DNA of 64,000 nt from Podarcis tiliguerta (Eukaryota), in the NCBI GenBank assembly GCA_965153285.1, contig OZ229116.1; one strand, written 5' to 3'. Position numbers and translations under genes: made by a program. Shown one piece after another: positions 12,815 to 23,200 of this stretch. Under the pieces are notes generated by a model. The model worked only from the letters and a program-made list of their open reading frames with translations, made no database searches and had not been told where the DNA came from. The number at the start of each line of letters is the position of its first letter. The first letter of the stretch is position 1.

Positions 12815-13069
12815 GAAGAAGAAGAAGAAGAGTTTGGATTTGATATCCCGCCTTTCACTCCCTTTAAGGAGTCTCAAAGCGGCTAACATTCTCCTTTCCC
12901 TTCCTCCCCCACAACAAACACTCTGTGAGGTGAGTGGGGCAGAGAGACTTCAAAGAAGTGTGACTGGCCCAAGGTCACCCAGCAGCTGCATGTGGAGGAG
13001 CAGGGACGCGAACCCGGTTCACCAGATTACGAGTCCACCGCTCTTAACCACTACGCTACCCTGGCTCTC
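12815..13069 (-). mobile_element. MIR/Ther1-derived (Squam3-type) SINE with (TTC)n tail
   Basis: tRNA head gagagccagggtagcgtagtggttaagagc, CORE-like tgggtgaccttgggccagtcac; same family as 54105-54388. Confidence 0.85.
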
Positions 13070-13889
13070 AATATTTGGCCTTCTGTCTTTTCTGACCTTT
13101 GACACCTTCACCCCTATCCTGAACAAGCATTATTCCACATCTTTATTTTATGAATGCAGGCTGGCAACATGCTGGAAAAATAATTATGTCTGGAAGTATT
13201 TGCAAGCTACTTTAAGGTGAAACAATGGTGAAATAAAAGCTTTCCCTGCTACCTCTAAACAGCTGCAAGAACCTTATCCCCTAATTGCCTGCATCAAAAT
13301 GAAACAATGTTGTCTTTATCATGTCTGGCAACAGCCAAGAGGCAGGCAAGTCACTGGGATCTTTTTTTTGGTTGTGTTCTTCATAACCAATTAACATCTG
13401 CCTTCCCTTAATAACAAAGGTTTTACCTTCATTACAGTAAGGATTCTTTGTTAAAGGAGAAATGTGTTTAGAAACTACAGCAACAACATTGGCAATTAGA
13501 ATGAGGGCCCCTGCTGTTCGGGAAAATGTGCAGATCTAGTTATTTCTAGTTATTTCTGAAGGCAGAAAAGTGATGCTTACAGCTACTGTTGCAAAGAAGA
13601 AAGAGAATATATTCTACAGCTGTGTAGGACTGGGGTGAATGGCAGCGACATTGCACCCAGGTAAATACTGCAAATGCAAATGCAGTGATGGAGCATCGTG
13701 GCAGGAAAACAGCTGTAAATGATAAAGGATGCTAACTTGAGTAATAATGATTTTGTTTTGCTGCCCACCTTTCCTGAGCAGTTCAGGTTAGGAATGCTTG
13801 AGGAGTTAGCTTTGTTGTGAATGTCCAAGGCATTAGGTCCAACGGACCTAATCCACACCTCCAGGACTAATGAGCAGATCAGAATGTAA

Positions 13890-14055
13890 TTAGGAACTTA
13901 AGGAATATCCTGCTGAATCAGGCCAGAGGCCCATCTAGTCCAGTACTCTGCTTTCAGAATGACCAACCAAATGCCCACTGGAAGCCTGCAAGCACAACCT
14001 GAGTGCAGCAGCTCCTTCCCTGCAGTTCCCAGCACCTGGTATTCAGAGACATACC
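13890..14055 (-). mobile_element. Old CR1-type 3'UTR fragment
   Basis: cctgctgaatcaggccagaggcccatctagtccag; related plus-strand copies at ~23650-23856, 31690-31855, 57570-57690. Confidence 0.55.
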
Positions 14056-14184
14056 TTGTTGCCCTTTGTCCCAGAGCCTCCTAGAGCACAATATACATTA
14101 TGAGACTTACTTTGGTCAGAATCAAGTATACACTTGAATAACACTAAATATGTTACATATGGCAAATGAACCACCATAGCCACT

Positions 14185-14559
14185 AAAGGTAAAGGTTCAA
14201 AAGCATCAATTCTTTTGGGTCCTAAATTCCATTAGGTCCAGTCATGACCGATTCTGGGGCTGCGGTGCTCATCTAGCTTTATTGGCCAAGGGAGCCGGCG
14301 TACAGCTTCCGGGTCATGTGGCCAGCATGACTAAGCTGCTCCTGGTGAACCAGAGCAGCACACGGAAACACTGTTTACCTTCCCGCCAGAGCGGTACCTA
14401 TTTATCTACTTGCACTTTGACGTGCTTTTGAACTGCTAGGTTGCCAGGAGCAGGGACCGAACAACAGGAGCTCACCCCGTTGCGGGGATTCAAACCGCCG
14501 ACCTTCTGATCAGCAAGTCCTAGGCTCTATGGTTTAACCCGCAGCACCACCCGTGTCCC
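14185..14559 (-). mobile_element. Sauria SINE carrying a foreign insertion near its tail
   Basis: TSD accatagccac at 14173-14183 and 14561-14571. Confidence 0.93.
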
Positions 14560-14627
14560 TACCATAGCCACCAGAGGGCCATTAAAATTTGTGTCCCGAG
14601 CTTTTTAGGCTCATCTACCCATGTAGT

Positions 14628-15606
14628 TGTTTTTGTCCATTGAGTTTTCTTGGCAGGGATACTGGAGTGGCTTGCCGGTTCCTGCTCCAGGTGGATCACG
14701 TTTAGTCAAAACTGTAGCAAGGCTGTATATTGTCTCCCTGCTTATTTAACTTATATGCAGAATTCATCATGTGAAAGGCTGGACTGGATGAATCTCAAAC
14801 TGGAATTAAGATTGCCGGAAGAAATATCAACAACCTCAGATATGCAGATGACACGACTTTGAAGGCAGAAAGTGAGGAGGAATTAAAGAACCTCTTAATG
14901 AGGGTGAAAGAGGAGAGTGTAAAAGATGGTCTGAAGCTCAACATCAAAAAAACGAAGATCATGGCCACAGGGCCCATCACCTCCTGGCAAATAGAAGGGG
15001 AAGAAATGGAGGCAGTGAGAGATTTTACTTTCTTGGGCTCCATGATCACTGCAGATGGTGACAGCAGTCACAAAATTAAAAGACGCCGGCTTCTTGGGAG
15101 AAAAGCGATGGCAAACCTAGACAGCATCTTAAAAAGCAGAGACATCACCTTGCCAACAAAGGTCTGTATAGTTAAAGCTATGGTTTTCCCAGTAGTGATC
15201 TATGGAAGTGAGAGCTGGACCATAAAGAAGGCTGATCACCAAAGAATTGATGCTTTTGAATTATGGTGCTGGAGGAGACTCTTGAGAGTCCCGTGGACTG
15301 CAAGAAGATCAAACCTATCCATTCTTAAGGAAATCAGCCCTGAGTGCTCACTGGAAGGACAGATCCTGAAGCTGAGGTTCCAGTACTTTGACCATATCAT
15401 GAGAAGAGAAGACTCCCTGATGTTGGGAAAGATTGAGGGCACAAGGAGAAGGGGACAACAGAGGATAAGATGGTTGGACAGTATTCTCGGAGCTACTAAC
15501 ATGAGTTTGACCAAACTGCAGGAGGCAGTGGAAGACAGGAGTGCCTGGCGTGCTGTGGTCCATGGGGTCACGAGGAGCTGGACATGACTAAACAACTAAA
15601 CAACAA
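14628..15606 (+). mobile_element. RTE/BovB LINE remnant (5'UTR-like piece joined to RT 3' part)
   Basis: NINNLRYADDTT motif and 242-aa ORF 14859-15587; TSD ct(a/g)cccatgtagt. Confidence 0.95.
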
Positions 15607-17537
15607 CTGCCCATGTAGTATCTGAAACTGAAAGGGTGCATTGGTTGCCGGATGTGAAATCTTTTTCAGCTCTACTACCCCACTATAGGGCCCTGTGTCC
15701 ATTTTGCAGGGTCTGGCCTGGGCTGGCCACTGGCTATGTCAATCCTGTCACAACTTTACCCCAGGCCAGGGAGGGCATTGAGTAGGACCCATGGATTATG
15801 AGGGGATCCACATGAGGGGGCTTGGAATCGTGCTGAAAAATCTGTGCCTGTCAGACCAGAGCTGGCAGCCATACGCCCAAGACCCATATACCCAGTCCTC
15901 ACCACATGGGACCTCCTGCTTGGCAAGTCCTACAGTTATCCCATCAGATAGGCTGTGGGTAGGGGGGTGACATTGGCTGACAGTTGGGCTGCCCAATCAG
16001 CATATCCTTGCCCTATGCCACACCAAACCAAATGCACTTCTATCAATACAATTGTGGTCATGTTTAACCTACAATCTTATTTCTAGCTTGTTCCTACCCA
16101 CCCCATCTTGGATTTACCTGGTGTGCAAGCATTTCTTCACTGGCTTTGGTAAGTTGATGCTTAGACCAGGGATGAGGAATATGTGGCCTTCTAGTTTTTT
16201 TTCAGACTACACTTCCATCATTCCTGAAAACTGTTCACGTTGACTGATGAGAGTGTTGACTCCAAAAGCAGAGGGTAATAGCTTCCCAATCCTTGTCTTA
16301 GACCATGACTTTCTCAGGGAACAGCACTCTTGCTGCATTGCATTGTAGTAATGCAAGACCAGCCCAAAAATGCACCCAGGAATTCTAAATCCTGCCCCAA
16401 AGTTCCAGTGGCAATTCTGAAAATTGTTGTTTTTTGAAAGTCTGTCCCTTTGAACTCTGGGTGAAAAAGCTTTCCTTGTGATCACATTTATATAAAGAAG
16501 TAACATGTGTTATCACTAAGAGCTGCATCCATGAGATATGTCACAGCTGAGATGGGTCATATGAAAGTTCCACAGAAAGCAGTGGGATTGAAGTTAGTTA
16601 TTACTAACTTCTTCCACAGGGCTCAGTACACTGAAGTCCTATAAATTCTTTCAGCCTATACCATAAGTCCCAAAAGACTACAGGTCTTTCTCCCAGCTAA
16701 GTGGGCACAGGATTGCTGCCATGCATAGAAATAAGACCCATTCGCTCTCCATTATGACTAATTTTTTTGCCCAAACTGTCTCTATCTTTTAAAGGTTTTT
16801 TTTTTTTTTTTTTTTTTTTAGCCCCTGGAACAGATTATCTAGCTGGGTTTTAAATGTTTTAACATAATATTATACTGCTCTGCTGGATTTTATATGAGTA
16901 AGTGAATGGATTTCAGTGTTTTAATTTTTTGATGGTATATTGTAGTGTTTGAACTCTGTGTGAACCTCTCAGAGGACTATGTTGATTGGGCAGTCAACAA
17001 AACTCCAGTAATTTTATCCATTCCCATGATGATGACAACAGCTGTGATCTTGATCAAAATATACACATTTGAGCATTTTCAAGCATTTGTACAGTTTTAA
17101 GATGACCTGCTATGGTACTGTGTGATACACAACCTGTTTCTGTTCATGTGCACTCAGGAAAAAAGTCCCACTAGTCTGAATAGACGTTATTCTCACATGT
17201 AAGATTGAAGTTTCAGGCTGCAATCCTAACATCTGGCCAGTAGTAGTGGGGCTTGATAGAGCAGTGAAACTGACATTTTCGCCAGCCCGAGGTGAAAGGG
17301 TGAGCCCAAGAAAAAGATGTCCCTTTCATGAGCCAGTTCTTAGGATGGTGCAGCAAATAGGCCAGTGGTGTGCAGTGAAATTTTTCATAGGGGAAAAGTA
17401 AGGGCCAGAAGTGTCAGCTTCTGAGGTCAATGTGGTTTTTTTTGGGGGGTGGGGATGCTACAACGTCCTGATGTTGTGTGAGTGAACATCATGCCTCCCT
17501 CGCTACTGTCCCTGACAGGATGTTGGAGCCCTCCTAC

Positions 17538-18033
17538 TGTCAGAAACTGGGGAGAAGGAGAAATGGTGGAGACCACCTCCACAGCCTGACCCTTCCAGAG
17601 AAGAAGACAATTCAGAATTACAGCAGGGTTTTGAGGGAGGTCACAGCTCAGAGGAAGATGAGGGGGGAAGTTGGGAAATAATGGGAGAGGAGGAGGAGGC
17701 AGAGCCGGAGCAGCTGGCTGACACATTAACACTAGAAAGCATTCCAGACTCACCATCTCCCAGAACCTGGCAGGCCTTGAAAGTAGGAGAGCAAAGAGCT
17801 CAGAGTCAGATGGCCCTAAGTGGCAACCGTAGGGGTGGTGGTGCTGTTGATGAATGAGGAAGTGGGAGAGAAGAGGGGTGGAGATTTACTCGGGACAATG
17901 CCATTATTCCAAGAGGCTGCATTCCCAAGCCTCTCTCTGTGAATGTTGAATAAAAGCAGATGGTAAGGACTTTTCATTGTCTTCTCCATTCCTGGCAACC
18001 TGCTGTGGGGGTTGGTTTCTCTGCTGCCTGACA
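17538..18033 (+). mobile_element. Solo LTR (probably Gypsy-type)
   Basis: Termini tgtcag...ctgaca; perfect 5-bp TSD cctac at 17533-17537 and 18034-18038; AATAAA at ~17949. Confidence 0.88.
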
Positions 18034-18594
18034 CCTACCAAGCAAGCTTTGGGAAGGTAGTGGAAGGTTCCCTCCCTAAGCCAGGCAGAAGCTTCCCAGG
18101 CTTTGGGAAGGAGGCAAAAGGCTTTAATACTGTAATACTCTAATTTACCAGGGACATTTTGGAGACTAGCCTAGTTCCCCTAGTCCACTGACTGCACACC
18201 ACTAAAAGAGACCTGGATCAAGTTCAACACCATCATATGATGTGAATAGGGCTGCTCCAGTGGATCCTAAGCCACCCCACCTGTGCCTCTTCCACACTCC
18301 AATGCCCAAATGCTCTATTTCCACTGGCTCCCACCACCATTTGGGTAAGTGCATTAGAATTCTTTGCCAGAGAAGCTTCTCCACCTATGGTAGAGATCCC
18401 CCATGCATGAAGGCTCCTGAGCTAAGTGAGGAGACCTCCACCCAAAGCTGACATTGTACCTCTGTCACAATGCTTTTCAGTGGAGTTACTCTATATAGCC
18501 AGAGGAAATAGCCACGATGGGAGATGAAACTGCCTATATATTCAGAACAAATGTTTCTGTGTTGGTATGAACCAGTTGTCTGCAGCTTCCAAGC

Positions 18595-18980
18595 AAGTGT
18601 GGAAGAAAATTCCATTTGGCCTGCACATTAAAGTGAACTGAACTAATTCATACCTCCTGAATTAATACATTCACGAAACTTTATTTCCTTTCATGTTTGC
18701 ACTTGTAATTTTGTGATACAATTATTGACTCAGAATATGTACCACAGTGCATGAAAATTTGTGTTTTATGATGAAATGCCTGTGAACTGTGTACACTGAG
18801 ATGAAACACAAATTTAGATATTATTCTGTGACAAAATGCACACTGAAGGTATTTAAATATGAATTTTTGCACAGTTTTTTCCAAAGCATAGGTTAATCAC
18901 TTTAATAAAAATCTCAGAACAGACTCATTAATAATCACATATGAAATTAACATGGACCAGAAGGACATTGATCGCTCTAT
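18595..18980. mobile_element. Old non-autonomous DNA-transposon-like repeat
   Basis: Resembles the reverse complement of 43859-44346 (aatgcacact, ttgtgataca, gtgaac motifs). Confidence 0.4.
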
Positions 18981-19829
18981 CAGGTGGCAACTCTCATGAC
19001 TCACTTGACATTTGCGATTAAAACACACAGAGCCTTCAATTTATAAAAGTCAACCACTGCGAGACAGCTGAAACAGTGAAAATGAAAAGGCAACTTGCCA
19101 GAATTCAAACTGGTCTATGGATTTTTGGCCTATATCTCCAATAGGGAGCAGTTAAAATGGCACCAGAAACTGAATCTGCTCTGTTAGTTTCATGCAGGAC
19201 TTTGCTCAGTGTTGGCAAGTACCAGGGAAAAAAACAAGTTTTAACACTGATTTGCTATAGTGTCAGGTCTAAAGCCTGTTCCATTACAAAACTCTACCAA
19301 GCTTACTGTTCACTTTCACATTAAAAACTTTTTTATAACCTTATTGATTCTCAGGTTTCTCCCAAACATCAATAACTGTATCTTGGATTATTTCTTCCCT
19401 GGTGTTTTAGCTTCTCCTGTTCAACTTTTAATGAATATCTGCCTAGGTTTGTAATCTCTTTTCAATCATTTTACATTCTCCTGTCGTTCATGCCTCTCAG
19501 TTTACCCAACATACATATTATCTTAGTGGGGCAGAATAATGACATTAGAATTATTCCACCTTGTTTAGGCAGAAGTGCTAAGGAGAGGATGTCATGTAAG
19601 GTTACCAACTTTTCAAACAACTGTGCCTGCAATAGAACTTTGTTATGTAGGAATCGCCTGTTGATTTCTGCACATCAGGTTACTAGTAATGGCATAATAT
19701 CAGGATATGGTGGGTTTTTTCCTAATCAGTTGGCAACCCCACAAGGGTGAGGTGATGGTAAGGAAAAAACTCACAAGTACAAGTCGATATTCCTCAACCA
19801 CAGTTTAAAGATAGACCCACCTGAATTTA

Positions 19830-20250
19830 TGATTTGTTTATTTTGTTATTTATTAGACTTGTTAGTCACTTGTCACAGAGATGTATGTCTCCAAGTGACT
19901 TACAACCTATTTTAAAACAAAAATGAATTATATGAACACACGTATACAAAAACAAATGCAGTTCAAATTATACAAAACAGTCCCACTCACCCAACAGCCA
20001 CAGGAAGTTTTGGCAGCACACTGACAGCAAAAACATCATCATATTTGTCCATCAAAAATCAGGGGGAAATGTAAGTTTTTACTTGGTACTGGAAACGCAC
20101 CAGTCAGGCCTCACTGGGGAGAGCAATCTCCCAAATGGGGAGCCACAAGTGAAAATATATGCCATCATATTCTGAGCCTCATGAAAAGAAGGAACCTGAG
20201 GAAAGGTCTCAGGTGAACATTAGAGCATCCAGATAGGCTCATATCCAGTT
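19830..20250 (-). mobile_element. Degenerate L2 3' fragment
   Basis: tttatt tail, ccaagtgacttaca, ggggagagcaatctcccaaatggggagccac motifs. Confidence 0.5.
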
Positions 20251-23200
20251 AAGATTTAAAATATTTCTATACTGTATTTCAATTATATATTTTCAAGGTG
20301 AATCATGAAATAACAATAAAATCAAAGAAACCAATGACATAAAAGAATAAACGGCATATAGCAGCATTAAAAATCTTATTGCCAGAAATAATATAAAATG
20401 CATAGGCAATTTTTAAAAAACCGATACACCAGTCATCTAAAGCATAAAAATTTGGGGAACATAACTTTGGTGCGCACCCCTGCCCCATCTGCACTTTCAG
20501 CATTTGTGTGTTTAGGCAGCTACACCCAGAAACCATCATTTCAAGCTGACAAATCTGAGAACACTATGAGAAAATAATGGTTTTGTCTTACAAAGCAGTT
20601 CTGAAATTTAGATATCTTCAAGCCTCTCTACTGTCACATGCCGAAACATTTCCCTTTGATTTTCAAAATATTTTGTCACTTCTGAGGTGTCATATGACAA
20701 CGGCTGATTCTTCAGAATATATGCCATTTTACTTTATGTTTTGATTTGGGTTCTTTTCATATGTTGGGTTTTATTTTATTTTTCTCCACTAGGCTATAAA
20801 ACCATTTTACTGCTTAGAACCCTTAGTTACCAACGGATAAGCATCTTGCCCCTGAAAAGCATTGGAGGTCAACTCTACATTATCCATAGTGTACACAACA
20901 TCATAAATTGTCCTCTGTGTTACTCTTGGTTTGGGGATGCCAATCTCTATGATTAATTTTATGTTCTCTAACCATGCTATATTGCAGAGCTCACCAAGTA
21001 AAATTTTTGGTTGTGAGACCTCGTTGGAAGATGGATAATCGTGGGGCAAGGTCACAGCACCTAATCAGTATGCCTCTCATATAGGGAATCCAATTAGTGC
21101 AATTTAGGCTACTTTGATTCTTATGCAAAGCTGAATTACTTAAATTTCTAAGATCATTATTCATTTATTGCTCTTGCTTGATAGTTGATTCTTGGTACTC
21201 TTTTTCCTAACAGGAAAAAAAAAAACCCCATAGAAATTAGAATTTTGGACAGATTACAGGGATGCAATCTGAAAGGTAATACTGTGGTCAAATCTCAAAA
21301 CTGGAAGCTGATGTTGGAACTAAACTCTATTTGTGTTTGAGGTATTACCCCAGTTGGGTTGATCCATATTGTATTCTTCACCTGACAATCAAAGAACAGT
21401 GTGTAAACTGACAGATTGTGACCCAGGAGTGTTGATAATATTGTGAGGGAAAGATTGTTATTCAATAATTGCTGCTTCATGGTGTAATGAACAACTAATC
21501 TATAACCAGCTGATGTATTTCAGGCCAATGCACTGAATGGGAGAGATGAATTGCACTAAAGAGCCTATATATCAGCACACCTCATTTAGCTTCAAGCTCC
21601 ATTATTTTAAAACTCAAATCCAGTGTTGTAAAGGGGTAAGACGCTATTGGTTTATTTCCCACTGGTTGGGGACTACAAAAATGAAGAGACCGTGAATCTG
21701 CAATGAAGATTTAATGAGCTCTACCATGACAAATACCATCATGACAGAATGTCTTGATCTCATGGGTCATCAAAGGCCTGATCAAGCCTATTAGAACTTC
21801 TCTTTTCTTTTGTGTGATTTTGGGCGATGTGTTAAGTCAATCAAAAAGAAAAAAAAGAAAGGAAAGGAAAGAGTTCACAGTGCAAATCTGAGGAACAAGA
21901 AATCAATGTTCACTTTCTGCTGTAGTAATGGATTTCATTATAAGAGGATTGACATCCATCACCCTTAACTATAAATACACCTGTCTAACCTTTGGCTTAC
22001 TCCAATTTAGTTCCTTCTAGCAATGGAGACTTTATTCACCCACTCTCAGTTGTTGAGCAACGCTTCAGTTTGGCCTCCTGCTTATATAGTACAGGGGAAT
22101 CCATTTGGGTTTGTAGCACCAAGCTATTAAATGTTGAGTTGAAACATATCATGTTAATTCTCCAAATGCTTGGTCGAGGGGCTATTACAACCGCATGAAC
22201 TCATTTCAGCAGCTAAGTGCAAATGAAGGCCACAGCAACCGATTTGCCTTCGTCATCACATAGGAAGTGTTCTATTTCCCGATCTTGAAAATGCAGTAAT
22301 AGGGTATGGAAATGCAGCCTGCAGCTGCCTAAAGTAGAGTAAGTCACTTCAAGTTAATTCAGAAACCTCTGGCAAAAACATTATGGGAAGCCAGTTTCCG
22401 CAATGGTGAGTCTAAATCAAAATTCAAGTCCTGGGGAAAAAACACCTGGCAGTGAGACATCTTTCACCTTGTTCATTCATTCAGTCAGAAGTAATATCAT
22501 CTAATGTAATCTGGATGCATGTGGAAGTTGACTTCGTTTATAGCATAGTAACCCTGCTACTGAGGCACAAAACTTAAATCATTATATTATTAAGAAATTG
22601 ACTCAGGAAATAGTTCTCTCTTTTTTGATGATGATGGCCAACCAAAAGACACACTGTGAATTGATTAACTATGGCAATTAACGTTAATGCTTATTACTGC
22701 AGCTTTTAAATGTGAATATTTGATTGGATTTTAATTGTGCCCCTCTTTAAAAGTGTTTGGCTACAGACAACACGCTTGTAAGGATGTTGTAAAAGATTTA
22801 AAGGATGGGCTTAGCTCAGAGAAAACGATGTACCTCTAGATATGTACAAGCTTCGCTTTCCAGTGAGATAACTCACATACATTAACATTCTTTTGAACTT
22901 CCTTTGACATTTCCACAGGTGTTAACCCACTTTTGACAAAACTCAGTGGTTGCTTACATGGGTGGCTGTGTGGGGTCTTCCACATCTTCCTTACCCACCA
23001 TGAATCATTATTATCAGATTCTCAGCTTTTATTATTTTTTAAAAGTAAGTTTCTAGTACTTGTAGTCATGAGTCATGTGGCTAAATGTGCAGACACTATT
23101 CCCCCCATTTGTTGCACGGGAACATAGCCTTCTCCCCCCATTCAGTGTTTTTATCCAATGAATGAAGCCATAGCAATGACTGGTACTTAGGAAAGCAATT

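Noticed and set aside
17472-17537. Alternative LTR start at tgttg (17472)
   Set aside because: No TSD there; the 17538 start gives both a terminal inverted repeat and a perfect TSD.
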